Shown one piece after another: positions 27,386 to 36,532 of a DNA stretch of 64,000 bases (positions are counted from its first letter, which is position 1; every line of letters starts with the position of its first letter). The translations under genes were made by a program, and so were the position numbers. The notes below the pieces were generated by a model that had not been told where the DNA came from, searched no databases, and saw only the letters and a program-made list of their open reading frames with translations. Source of the DNA: Acidobacteriota bacterium (GTDB taxonomy: Bacteria; Acidobacteriota; UBA4820; DSQY01); contig JBMFSH010000003.1 of the NCBI GenBank assembly GCA_049967655.1, positions 1 to 64,000 on the forward strand, written 5' to 3'.

Positions 27386-27822
27386 TGAACGCTTCGCCGG
27401 GGGGCCACGCTTCGGGCCCCAAGATCCTGGTCTTCTCGACCAACACCATCTCCGACCCCGGGATCGACTTGGCGGGCAGCGCGCACATGCACTACCCCGC
27501 CTCGGCCGTTGTCGTCAGCGTGCCCTGCTCCAGCGGCGTGAAGCCTTCGTGGGTGCTTCACGCCCTGGAGAACGGCTTCGACGGCGTCTTCATCGCCGCC
27601 GACGGCAGTGACTGCGCCTACCTCTCGGACTGCACCGACAGGACGGGAAGGGTGGTTCAGGAGGCCCAGCGGCTGATTCTGGAGAAGGGTCTGGACCCGA
27701 GGCGCCTCAAGATGGCCGCCGTGTGTTCGGTCTGCGCCGAATCTTTTGCCTCTCATATGGAGAAGTTTCACGCCGCGCTGGCTAAGCTCGAACCCGCCGC
27801 GGCAGGAGCCAGCCATGGCTGA
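27385..27822 (+). CDS. mvhD: MvhD/FlpD-like iron-sulfur subunit (atypical Cys pattern)
   Basis: DLAG..YP..VPCSSGV.P..L.ALENGFDGV, GLDPRRL; TGATG coupling to tusA. Confidence 0.85.
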   Translation: MNASPGGHASGPKILVFSTNTISDPGIDLAGSAHMHYPASAVVVSVPCSSGVKPSWVLHALENGFDGVFIAADGSDCAYLSDCTDRTGRVVQEAQRLILEKGLDPRRLKMAAVCSVCAESFASHMEKFHAALAKLEPAAAGASHG

Positions 27823-30577
27823 AACGGCGACGTTGACCCTCGCGCCCGATGTTCCGGCTCTGCGCCCCTCCTACGACGTTCTCGTGGTGGGGGGCGGCAT
27901 CGCCGGCATGGAGTCGGCCCTCACGCTGGGCGACATGGGCTACAAAGTCCTATTGGTCGAAAAAGAGGCAAGCATCGGGGGGAAGATGATCTTGCTGAGC
28001 AAGGTCTTCCCCACCCTCGACTGCGCGAGCTGTATCTCGACCCCCAAAATGGCCTCCACCTCCCACCATCCCAACATCACGACGCTGCTCTACAGCGAGA
28101 TCGAGGCCATCACCAAGGGCGAGGACGGTCTCTTCCGCGTGAAGCTTCGCAAGAAGCCCACCTTCGTGGACTGGGCCGCCTGCACGGGCTGCGGTGAGTG
28201 CGAGATCGTCTGCACGGTGGCCCTGCCCGACGAGTTCAACGCAGACCTGGTGGCCCGCCGGGCCACGCACATCGCCTTTCCCCAGGCCGTCCCGAAGAAG
28301 GCCGTGGTGGACCGCTTCGGCACCTCGCCCTGCTCCTTCACGTGCCCCGCCGGCGTCAAGGCCCACGGGTACGTGTCGCTGGTGCGCGCGGGCAAGTACG
28401 ACGAAGCTTTTCACCTCCACATGGAGGACGCGCCCCTTCCCGGCAGCTTGAGCCGGGCCTGCTACGCGCCGTGCGAGGGGGAGTGCACCCGCGGCACCCT
28501 CGAAGGCACGGTGCCCATCCGCGCCATCAAGCGCTTCATGGTGGACCGGTACTACGCCGCCCACCCCGTCCCCGAATACGGCCCGCCCGAAACCGTGCGC
28601 TCCGAAAAGGTGGCCGTCGTAGGCTCGGGCCCGGCCGGCCTCTCCGCCGCCTATCACCTGGCTCGCAGGGGCTACCGCGTGACCGTCTTCGAGGCCGCTC
28701 CGAAGACGGGCGGCATGCTCCGGTACGCCATCCCGGCCTACCGCCTGCCCAAGGAGGTCGTGGACCGGGACATCCTCAATATCACTGCGCTGGGTGTGGA
28801 TATTCGAACCGAAAGCCCGGTTCGCACCCTTGCTGACCTGAAGGCGCAAGGCTTTGATGCCGTCTTCTTGGCGGCGGGCACGATGCAGGGCTTCAAGCTC
28901 GGCGTTCCAGGCGAAGAGCTGGACGGCGTTACCGACTGCATGGGCTTTCTGAAGCGCGCCAACGGCGGCGAGGCCATGGACCTCAAGGGCAAGACCGTCA
29001 TGGTGGTGGGCGGGGGCAACTCGGCCATCGACCCGGCGCGTATGGCTTTGAGGCTCGGGGCCAAGAAGGTCATCATCCAGTACCGCCGAAGCCGCAAGGA
29101 GATGCCTGCCCACGACTGGGAGATCGAGGCCGCCCTGGAAGAGGGCGTGGAGCTCCAGGTTCTTCACACGCCCAAGCGCTTCATCGGTGAAAGCGGGAAG
29201 CTGAAGGCCGTGGAGAGCCTCACCATGCGCCTCGGCGAACCGGACGCCAGCGGACGCCGCCGCCCCGTTCCCGTCGAAGGCTCGGAAGCCACGACGCCGG
29301 TGGATCTAATGGTTCTCGCCATCGGCCTCAAACCCAGTACCGCCCCCTTTGCGGCGGAAATTGCCCTGAACAAAAACGGCACCGTGAAAGCAGATAAGGA
29401 AACCCTTCAAACGTCGCTTCCCTACGTCTTCTCCGGTGGAGACGCGGTGACCGGCCCTTCGATGATCGTTCAGGCCATCGGCCAGGGCAAACGGGCCGCG
29501 TTTTACGTGGACCGCTTTCTCCGAGGCGAATCGCTGGACGGTGTGCGCTTCGAGGAGCCGCTGCCCGTGGTGGACAAGGGCGAGGTGGTGGCCCGGACGC
29601 CGAATCTGACCCCGCTGCCCGCCGCGCCCCGGCGCGAGCGCCCGGTGGCGGAGCGCCTTGCCTCCATGGCGGAGGTGGAGCTGCCCGTGAGCGAGGAAGA
29701 GGCGCGGAAAGGTGCCTCACGCTGCCTGGACTGCGGCGGCTGCTGCGAGTGCCACGAGTGCGTCCACGCCTGCCCGGCCGGAGCCTTCCACTTCGAGATG
29801 CGGGAGGAAAAAGCCGAGGAGGTGGTACGCTCCGTCATCGTCTCCACCGGTTTCAAGCTCTTCGATGGCAGGAGGAAGCCCCTCTTGGGCTACGGCCGTT
29901 TCCCCAATGTCATTGACGCCATGGAGATGGACCGCCTGCTGGCGCCGACCCGTCCCTACAACACGGTTCTCAGGCCCTCCGACGGAAAGATGCCCGACAA
30001 CATCGCCTACGTGCTCTGCACCGGCTCCCGCGATTGCACGGTGGATCACCGCCTCTGCTCTCGAGTCTGCTGCATGTACTCGCTCAAGCAGGCGCAGCTC
30101 ATCCTGGGCGCCCTGCCGCTCGCCGACGTGACCATCTACTACATGGACATCCGCGCCTTCGGCAAGGGCTACGAGGAGTTCTTCGAGCAGGCCAGGGGAA
30201 TGGGCATTAGCTTCGTGAAGGGGAAGGTGGCCCAGATCGACGAGCAGCCGAACGGGAACCTCGTCGTCACCTACGAAGACATCGAGGGCGGCGGCGGTAA
30301 GAGGCGCATGGAGCACGACCTCGTGGTGCTCTCCGTGGGGCTGCTCCCCAACCGCGAGGCCTTGAGCCTCTTCCCGGGCGGGCTTTTGGAGTCGGACGCC
30401 TACGCTTACGTCCGCGAGGTGGACGAGGACCTCGATCCGGGCAAGACCAGCATCGATGGGGTCTTCGTGGCCGGAACCGCTTCGGCGGCGAGGGACATCC
30501 CCGACACGGTGCTTCACTCGGGCGCCGCCGCGGCCCAGACCGCCGCTTACCTGAAACGCATGGAGAAGGGCTCATGA
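27815..30577 (+). CDS. HdrA-family flavoprotein with an inserted GltD-like NAD(P)H module (HdrL-like)
   Basis: VVGGGIAG, KVFPTLDCASC, CTGCGEC; insert CPAG..SRACYAPCEGEC..GSGPAG..GGGNSA; then CTGSRD..CSRVCC, YMDIRAFGK. Confidence 0.9.
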   Translation: MAETATLTLAPDVPALRPSYDVLVVGGGIAGMESALTLGDMGYKVLLVEKEASIGGKMILLSKVFPTLDCASCISTPKMASTSHHPNITTLLYSEIEAITKGEDGLFRVKLRKKPTFVDWAACTGCGECEIVCTVALPDEFNADLVARRATHIAFPQAVPKKAVVDRFGTSPCSFTCPAGVKAHGYVSLVRAGKYDEAFHLHMEDAPLPGSLSRACYAPCEGECTRGTLEGTVPIRAIKRFMVDRYYAAHPVPEYGPPETVRSEKVAVVGSGPAGLSAAYHLARRGYRVTVFEAAPKTGGMLRYAIPAYRLPKEVVDRDILNITALGVDIRTESPVRTLADLKAQGFDAVFLAAGTMQGFKLGVPGEELDGVTDCMGFLKRANGGEAMDLKGKTVMVVGGGNSAIDPARMALRLGAKKVIIQYRRSRKEMPAHDWEIEAALEEGVELQVLHTPKRFIGESGKLKAVESLTMRLGEPDASGRRRPVPVEGSEATTPVDLMVLAIGLKPSTAPFAAEIALNKNGTVKADKETLQTSLPYVFSGGDAVTGPSMIVQAIGQGKRAAFYVDRFLRGESLDGVRFEEPLPVVDKGEVVARTPNLTPLPAAPRRERPVAERLASMAEVELPVSEEEARKGASRCLDCGGCCECHECVHACPAGAFHFEMREEKAEEVVRSVIVSTGFKLFDGRRKPLLGYGRFPNVIDAMEMDRLLAPTRPYNTVLRPSDGKMPDNIAYVLCTGSRDCTVDHRLCSRVCCMYSLKQAQLILGALPLADVTIYYMDIRAFGKGYEEFFEQARGMGISFVKGKVAQIDEQPNGNLVVTYEDIEGGGGKRRMEHDLVVLSVGLLPNREALSLFPGGLLESDAYAYVREVDEDLDPGKTSIDGVFVAGTASAARDIPDTVLHSGAAAAQTAAYLKRMEKGS

Positions 30578-32316
30578 GCGCTCCCAAGGACTCCGACCGG
30601 CGCATCGGCGTCTTCATCTGCCACTGCGGCGGCAACATCTCGGACTACGTGGACGTAGAAAAAGTGCGGGAGGCGGTGGCTGGCGAGCCCGGTGTGGTCA
30701 CGGCGAAGACCACCATGTTTGCCTGCTCCGACGCCGCCCAGCAGGAGATGATCGAGGCGATCGGCCAGGAGAAGCTCGACGGCATTGTCGTCGCCTCCTG
30801 CTCCCCGAAGCTCCACCTCTTCACCTTCCGCGCCATGGCCCAGCGGGCCGGGCTGAACCCCTACCGCTACATCCAAGCCAACATCCGCGAGCAGTGCTCG
30901 TGGGCCCACCGTGGCCAGGTTCCCGAAGCCACTGAAAAGGCTACCTCCATCGTGCGCGCGGCCATCGCCAAGGCCCGCGCCAGCGCCCCCCTCTCGACGA
31001 TGCGCATCAAGACCCAACCGCGCGTCCTGGTGGTGGGCGCCGGAGTGGCGGGGCTGCGAGCGGCCCTGGCCCTCTCGGACATGGGCCTCACGGTGTACAT
31101 CGTCGAGCGGGAAGAGAGGGCCGGCGGATGGGCCGTCACCTTCGGCAAGACCTTCGCGCGCGATCGGTCCGGCTCGGACATGATCCAGATGCTGCTCCGG
31201 CAGGTGGCCCAGCGGGACAACATCGTGCTCTACACCCGCGCCGAAGTCACGCAAAAGACGGGCAGCGTGGGCGACTTCACGGTCGAACTCTCCATCGCGG
31301 GCCAGGAGAAGGTCACGCTCAACGTGGGAGCCATCGTGGTGGCCACCGGCTTCGAGAGCTACCAGCCGCGCGAGGGGGAATTCGGTTGGGGCCTCCCCGG
31401 CGTGGTGACCCTTCCGCAGTACAAGGTCATGCTGGATGCCGGAGAGGAGCTGCGCCTCGGTGACGGGAAACCCGTCCGTTCGGTGGCCTTCGTCTACTGC
31501 GTTGGCAGCCGGCAGGGTGAAGAGGCCCGGAGCCCGCACCGCTACTGCTCCCGCTTCTGCTGCAGCGCGGCCTGCCACGCGGCCGTCGTGGGGGCCCAAA
31601 GGGCCGTCGGCCTTCACCAGGTCCACCTCTACCGAGATATGCGCACCTACGGCAAGTACGAGACCCTCTACGAAGAGGCCCAGCGGCAAGGTTCGGTCTT
31701 TTTGCGCTGGGATCCCTCCGAGCCGCCCGTGGTCGAGCTGGACGAGGGTCACCTGTTGGTCCGCGTGAAGGACCATCTCCTTGGCGGAGAAGAGCTCGAG
31801 ATCCCCGCGGACCTGGTGGTGCTCGTCACCGGCATGGTCCCGAGGGAAAACGCCACCCTCGTGAACGCCCTCAAGCTGCCCATCGGCGGCGACGGCTTCT
31901 TCAACGAGATCCACCCCAAGCTGAGACCCGTCGAGACCGTGGTGGACGGCGTTTTCATCGCCGGCGCCGCCCAGGGCCCCAAGACCATCGCCGAGAGCGT
32001 GGCCTCTTCGCTCGCCGCGGTCTCCAAGAGCGCCGCCCTTCTTCTCAAGGGTTACGTGGACCTGGAGCCCTTCGTGGCCGAGGTGGACGAGGCTCTCTGC
32101 ACCTGGTGCGGAAAGTGCCTGGAAGCCTGCCCCTACGAGGCCATCGAGAAGGTGGCCGTGGGAGGCAAGGAGGTGGCTCGGGTCATCCCCTCGCTCTGCA
32201 AGGGGTGCGGCGCCTGCGCCGTGCCTTGCGCGGCCAACGCCATCAACGTGAGAGGGTACACCGACGAGCAGGTGCTCGGCATGATCGACGCCCTGCTGAA
32301 GGAGGCGGTGGGATGA
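30574..32316 (+). CDS. hdrA: Heterodisulfide reductase subunit A family (QmoB-like) protein
   Basis: RIGVFICHCGGNI, ASCSP, NIREQCSW, GAGVAG, CVGSR..CSRFCC, HPKLRPVE, C-terminal 2x[4Fe-4S] motifs. Confidence 0.92.
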   Translation: MSAPKDSDRRIGVFICHCGGNISDYVDVEKVREAVAGEPGVVTAKTTMFACSDAAQQEMIEAIGQEKLDGIVVASCSPKLHLFTFRAMAQRAGLNPYRYIQANIREQCSWAHRGQVPEATEKATSIVRAAIAKARASAPLSTMRIKTQPRVLVVGAGVAGLRAALALSDMGLTVYIVEREERAGGWAVTFGKTFARDRSGSDMIQMLLRQVAQRDNIVLYTRAEVTQKTGSVGDFTVELSIAGQEKVTLNVGAIVVATGFESYQPREGEFGWGLPGVVTLPQYKVMLDAGEELRLGDGKPVRSVAFVYCVGSRQGEEARSPHRYCSRFCCSAACHAAVVGAQRAVGLHQVHLYRDMRTYGKYETLYEEAQRQGSVFLRWDPSEPPVVELDEGHLLVRVKDHLLGGEELEIPADLVVLVTGMVPRENATLVNALKLPIGGDGFFNEIHPKLRPVETVVDGVFIAGAAQGPKTIAESVASSLAAVSKSAALLLKGYVDLEPFVAEVDEALCTWCGKCLEACPYEAIEKVAVGGKEVARVIPSLCKGCGACAVPCAANAINVRGYTDEQVLGMIDALLKEAVG

Positions 32317-32552
32317 GCACCTCGGCGCTGCGCGACAAGCGGGAGATCTTCCGTGATGAACTGGTGATGAGAGACAGCATCGCCGCCCTGCTCGCGGATG
32401 GCCCCAAGACGGTTCCCGATCTGGCCCGCGCCCTGGGGTGCCCCGCCTACGAAGTGATGGCCTGGGTGGCCGCCATGCGCCGGTACGGCCGCGTCGAGGA
32501 GCGGGGCAAGGCCGACGAGGAAGGCTACTTCGCTTACGCCCTGAAGGGCTGA
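32313..32552 (+). CDS. Small winged-helix protein
   Basis: IAALLADGPKTVPDLARALG..AMRRYGRVEE..YFAY; ATGA overlap. Confidence 0.75.
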   Translation: MSTSALRDKREIFRDELVMRDSIAALLADGPKTVPDLARALGCPAYEVMAWVAAMRRYGRVEERGKADEEGYFAYALKG

Positions 32553-32581
32553 CGGCTTCGGCCGCGAAAGGAGACGACACC

Positions 32582-33742
32582 GTGGCGACGCGCGTCAATC
32601 TGGACCTGCACGACGAGCTCAAGGCCTTCGGCGCGAAGGACCTCGACCTCTGCTACAACTGCGGCAACTGCACCGCCGTCTGCTCCCTCGCCGACGAGGG
32701 AAGCGCCTTCCCTCGCCGGATCATGCACCTCATCCAGGTGGGAGCGTCGGACCGGCTCAAACAGAGCGTGGACCCCTGGCTCTGCTACTACTGCGGGGAC
32801 TGCTCGGCGCAGTGCCCCCGGGGAGCCAACCCGGGCGAGGCCATGATGGCCGCCCGCCGCTACCTCACCTCCCGCTACGACTGGACGGGGCTCTCCAGGC
32901 GCATCTACCTCTCCAAGGCCTGGGACGTGGCGGCCGTCCTCGTGGTGGCCCTCTTCGTTATCGGCCTCTTCGCCCTCTTCCACGGCCCCGTGGTTCTTAG
33001 CCACGTGGAGCTGAACACCTTCGCCCCGGTCCGAGCCGTGGAGGCGGGCGACCTGTTCATGGCGGGCGTGCTCTCCTTCTTCCTGCTGACCAACGCAGCC
33101 CGTATGGCCTTCTGGATTCTCAAGGAGGATGGGGCGCCGCCTCTCCCGGTGGGAGCCTTCGCGAAAGCCCTCCCCGAGTTCGTGGTGAACTTTGCCACGC
33201 AGAAGCGCTGGCGCCGCTGCGGAACGGCGCAGGGTAAGCCGAAGGAGAATCGGCGCTGGCTCACACACCTGATCCTCGTTTCGGGCTACCTGACCATGCT
33301 CACCCTCATCGTCGTCTTCCTGCGCTGGTTCCAGACCGACGTGGTCCATCCCTTCTATCACCCCCAGCGGCTGCTCGGCTATTACGCCACCGCGGCGCTT
33401 CTGTATGGCACCGTGGCGTTCATGTTGGGACGCTGGAAGAAGCGGGACGAGATCCACAAGTTTTCCGAGGCCACCGACTGGATGTTCCTGGTCCTCCTCT
33501 TCTTGACCACCCTCACGGGGCTGTGCGTGAACGTCTTCCGGCTGGCCGATTGGCCTTTGGCCACGTACCTCATCTACGTCGTGCACCTGGCCGTGGCGGT
33601 GCCCATGCTCGTGGTGGAGGTGCCCTTTGGCAAGTGGTCCCACCTCTTCTACCGGCCCTGGGCGCTCTACCTCGTCAAGGTGAGAGAGATCGCCCAGAGG
33701 GCGGAACGGGTTCGGGCCGAAGGGATTCCCGCCACAGCCTGA
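32582..33742 (+). CDS. QmoC-like membrane subunit (2x[4Fe-4S] plus cytochrome b-like TM domain)
   Basis: CYNCGNCTAVC, PWLCYYCGDCSAQCP, several TM helices with His, PFGKWSHLFYRP. Confidence 0.85.
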   Translation: MATRVNLDLHDELKAFGAKDLDLCYNCGNCTAVCSLADEGSAFPRRIMHLIQVGASDRLKQSVDPWLCYYCGDCSAQCPRGANPGEAMMAARRYLTSRYDWTGLSRRIYLSKAWDVAAVLVVALFVIGLFALFHGPVVLSHVELNTFAPVRAVEAGDLFMAGVLSFFLLTNAARMAFWILKEDGAPPLPVGAFAKALPEFVVNFATQKRWRRCGTAQGKPKENRRWLTHLILVSGYLTMLTLIVVFLRWFQTDVVHPFYHPQRLLGYYATAALLYGTVAFMLGRWKKRDEIHKFSEATDWMFLVLLFLTTLTGLCVNVFRLADWPLATYLIYVVHLAVAVPMLVVEVPFGKWSHLFYRPWALYLVKVREIAQRAERVRAEGIPATA

Positions 33743-33769
33743 GGCTTTCTTATTGGAAAGGACGATCGT

Positions 33770-34156
33770 ATGACCTCGAATGCGGAACAACCCGTCGAAA
33801 AGTTGACCTTCATCGGCCTGCACGGGCCCGACGACCCCGAGATCGCCATCCTGCCCTTCATGCTGGGCGTGGCGGCGCTGGCGATGGAGGTGCAGGTGAG
33901 CATCCTCCTCCAGGGCCCCGCCGTCCTCTTGGCGCACAAGGGCATCGCCGAGCACGTCTTCTCGGGCTGCGAGGGTACCTCGCTGCGCAAGCTCATGGAC
34001 CAGTTCTTCGAGCTCGGCGGCAAGCTCTACATCTGCACGCCCTGCGTCGAATCCCGCAAAATCAGTAAGAACATTCTTATCCAGGGCGCGCAACTGGTGA
34101 AAGCCGGCAAGGTCGTTTCGGACCTGCTGGAGTCCAAGACCGCGCTCACCTTCTGA
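33770..34156 (+). CDS. DsrE family sulfurtransferase-like protein
   Basis: HGPDDPE..LPF..A.A..LLQGPAV..GGKLYICTPC..R. Confidence 0.85.
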   Translation: MTSNAEQPVEKLTFIGLHGPDDPEIAILPFMLGVAALAMEVQVSILLQGPAVLLAHKGIAEHVFSGCEGTSLRKLMDQFFELGGKLYICTPCVESRKISKNILIQGAQLVKAGKVVSDLLESKTALTF

Positions 34157-34188
34157 GGCGCCGGAGACGGCGCTTGAGGAAACAGGCC

Positions 34189-34563
34189 ATGAGTGAAGAG
34201 AAGCCCGAGAAGATCACGATCGTCTCGACCTACGGGGGCGAAGACCCGGAGCGCGCCACCTATCCCTTCTTGACGGGCAACGCGGCCCTGGCCATGGAGG
34301 TGGCCGCCACCATCGTCCTCCAGGGCAACGGCGTCACCGCCGCGACGAAGGGGATCTACGAACACGTCCACGCGCCCGGCCAGGCTCCCCTCAAGCAGCT
34401 CGTGGACCAATTCGTGGAGCTGGGCGGCACCCTGCTGGTGTGCATCCCCTGCATGGAGGCGCGAAGCATCACGAAAGACCATCTGGTGGAGGGCGCCCAG
34501 CCCGTGAAGTCGGCCCGGCTGGTCACGGAAATCCTGGAATCGCGGGGCTCGGTTACTTACTGA
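34189..34563 (+). CDS. DsrE family sulfurtransferase-like protein (tandem paralog)
   Basis: GGEDPERATYPF..LQGNGV..GGTLLVCIPC..R. Confidence 0.85.
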   Translation: MSEEKPEKITIVSTYGGEDPERATYPFLTGNAALAMEVAATIVLQGNGVTAATKGIYEHVHAPGQAPLKQLVDQFVELGGTLLVCIPCMEARSITKDHLVEGAQPVKSARLVTEILESRGSVTY

Positions 34564-34579
34564 GCCCCAAGGAGGCGGC

Positions 34580-35401
34580 ATGTCCGTCATCGCCATATCA
34601 CGGGGTTCCCTGCGGGCCGCAACGCAGCTCGCCCAAGGCCTGGGGAGCCGGCTCGGCAGCAGGGTAGTGGACCGAGAGGAGATCCTCGCCGCGGCCGAAC
34701 GCTACGGCATCGGCGAGACGGGTTTGGAGATGCGGCACATCCTGGCCAAACATCCGCCCGGCTTTTGGGAACGCTACGCCGAGGCCCGCCGCCACTACCT
34801 CGCCTGTTTCAAGGCGGCGCTGCTGGACGCGGTCCTGGAGGGGCCGCTCGTCTATCACGGGAACCTGGCCCACCTCCTCCTGAAGGACGTCCCCTTCGTC
34901 TTGCGCGTCCGGGTCAACGCCCCCATGGAAAACCGGGTGGAGGCCATGATGGCCGAGCAGGGGCTCTCGCGGTACGAGACGACCCGCCGAATCGAGGCCA
35001 TCGACAACGAGCGGAAACGGTGGACGGAGTTCTTATACGACGCGGATATCATGAGTGCCTCCCAGTATGACGTGGTCTTGAACCTGAACCGGGTCAGCGT
35101 CGGCGACGGTATCGAGATGGTCGCGTCGGCAGTCCAGAAGGAGGCCTTTCAGCGCACGCCGGACGCCATCCGCCGGGTGCGGGACCTGCGCCTGGCCACC
35201 GTGGCGGAGGTGCTGCTGATGAGCCATCCGGACACCTACGGGTTGCCCGTCCAGATTTCCGCCGATGCCGAGGGGGGCAGGATAGCGATCGAGCTTTCCG
35301 TCGAAGCGGGCGACAAGCGGTTGATCGAGGGGCAGATCCAGTCGGCGCTTCAAGATCTGGATGGGGTTCGCCATCTCGACGTCTCGGTCACGGTTGGGTA
35401 G
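34580..35401 (+). CDS. Cytidylate kinase-like family protein
   Basis: VIAISRGS..LA..LG, VYHG, LRVRVNAP..R, D.ERKRW, YDVVLN. Confidence 0.85.
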   Translation: MSVIAISRGSLRAATQLAQGLGSRLGSRVVDREEILAAAERYGIGETGLEMRHILAKHPPGFWERYAEARRHYLACFKAALLDAVLEGPLVYHGNLAHLLLKDVPFVLRVRVNAPMENRVEAMMAEQGLSRYETTRRIEAIDNERKRWTEFLYDADIMSASQYDVVLNLNRVSVGDGIEMVASAVQKEAFQRTPDAIRRVRDLRLATVAEVLLMSHPDTYGLPVQISADAEGGRIAIELSVEAGDKRLIEGQIQSALQDLDGVRHLDVSVTVG

Positions 35402-35425
35402 AAGACCGGCGAATAGGAGTCGGCC

Positions 35426-35881
35426 ATGCGGCAGTGGACATCCCTAGAAGAAGTGTTGGACTTCGCCATAGGCGAAGAGGAGAAAGCAGCGGCCTTTTAC
35501 GATGAATTGTCGGCCCTTGCGACGGGCTCCGACCGAAAAGCTATCTTCGCCGCCTTCGCCAACGAGGAAAGAGCCCACAAGGCCCGTCTTTTGGAAGTGA
35601 AGCGAGGCGGGGCCACGCTCGCCCCGCAAAAGCGAGTGGCTGACCTCAAGATCGGCGATTACCTGGTGGAGGTAGAACCCTCGCCGGAGATGGATTACCC
35701 CAATGCGCTCAGGGTAGCCATGGCTAAGGAGAGGGCTGCGTTCCAACTCTACAGCGACCTCGCCGCACAGATCGGCCGTAGAGAGCTTCGGGAGGTCTTT
35801 CAGGGGCTCGCTCAAGAGGAGGCCCAGCACAAGCTCCGCTTCGAATCGGAATACGACCAAGAGATTTTGAAGGAGAACTAG
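35426..35881 (+). CDS. Ferritin-like (rubrerythrin di-iron domain) protein
   Basis: AIGEEEKAAAFY, EERAH, AMAKERAAFQLY, EEAQH. Confidence 0.9.
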   Translation: MRQWTSLEEVLDFAIGEEEKAAAFYDELSALATGSDRKAIFAAFANEERAHKARLLEVKRGGATLAPQKRVADLKIGDYLVEVEPSPEMDYPNALRVAMAKERAAFQLYSDLAAQIGRRELREVFQGLAQEEAQHKLRFESEYDQEILKEN

Positions 35882-35928
35882 CTTGCCCTTCTGGATCATG
35901 CGGGCGCCAACAGCAGAGGGAGATGGTC

Positions 35929-36516
35929 ATGGAATCCACTGAGAGAGCATCCTCGCTCGCGGGCCCGCCGGCCGCGGCGTTGCAGGAGCGCCTGAACGAA
36001 CTGGAAGAGAGAGTGGCATTGCTGGCGGCCAACGCCGCGGAAGACAATCTTTCCATGGTGGTCATGAGCGGGGACCTGGACCACATCCTGGCCGCCTTCG
36101 TGATCGCCACGGGCGCCTCGGCCATGTACGAGAAGGTCACCATGTTTTTCACCTTCTGGTCCATCCAGGCCCTCCGCGATCCGAACAAGAGTTCGCCCCC
36201 CAAAGACCTGGTGGGACGGCTCTTTTCCAAGTTGCTCCCCAAAGGCGCTCCCGGTCTCAAGCTGTCGAGGATGAACATGGGCGGTCTGGGAACGGGAATG
36301 CTCAAGCGGTTGATGAAGAGGAACCATGTGCTGGGGCTGGAGGAACTGCTCCACCGCGCCGCCGACGCCGGAATCCAGATCTTCATCTGCCAGATGAGCA
36401 TGGATCTCATGGGCTTCAAGCTCGAAGAGATGATCGATTACCCGAACCTCAAGCTCGCCGGGGTGGCCACCTTCTTGGCCGAAGCCGGCACGAGCAAGGT
36501 GTCACTCTTCATTTGA
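35929..36516 (+). CDS. DsrE2/DrsH-like family protein
   Basis: SGDLD..AFVIATGA, MFFTFW, LSRMNMGGLG, ICQMSMDLMG, AGVATFL. Confidence 0.9.
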   Translation: MESTERASSLAGPPAAALQERLNELEERVALLAANAAEDNLSMVVMSGDLDHILAAFVIATGASAMYEKVTMFFTFWSIQALRDPNKSSPPKDLVGRLFSKLLPKGAPGLKLSRMNMGGLGTGMLKRLMKRNHVLGLEELLHRAADAGIQIFICQMSMDLMGFKLEEMIDYPNLKLAGVATFLAEAGTSKVSLFI

Positions 36517-36532
36517 CGGGAGGAAATCTCGC

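Noticed and set aside
27815..33742. Evidence of dissimilatory sulfate reduction or methanogenesis
   Set aside because: No sat, aprAB, dsrAB, hdrBC or mcr in the window; cannot be claimed from this sequence
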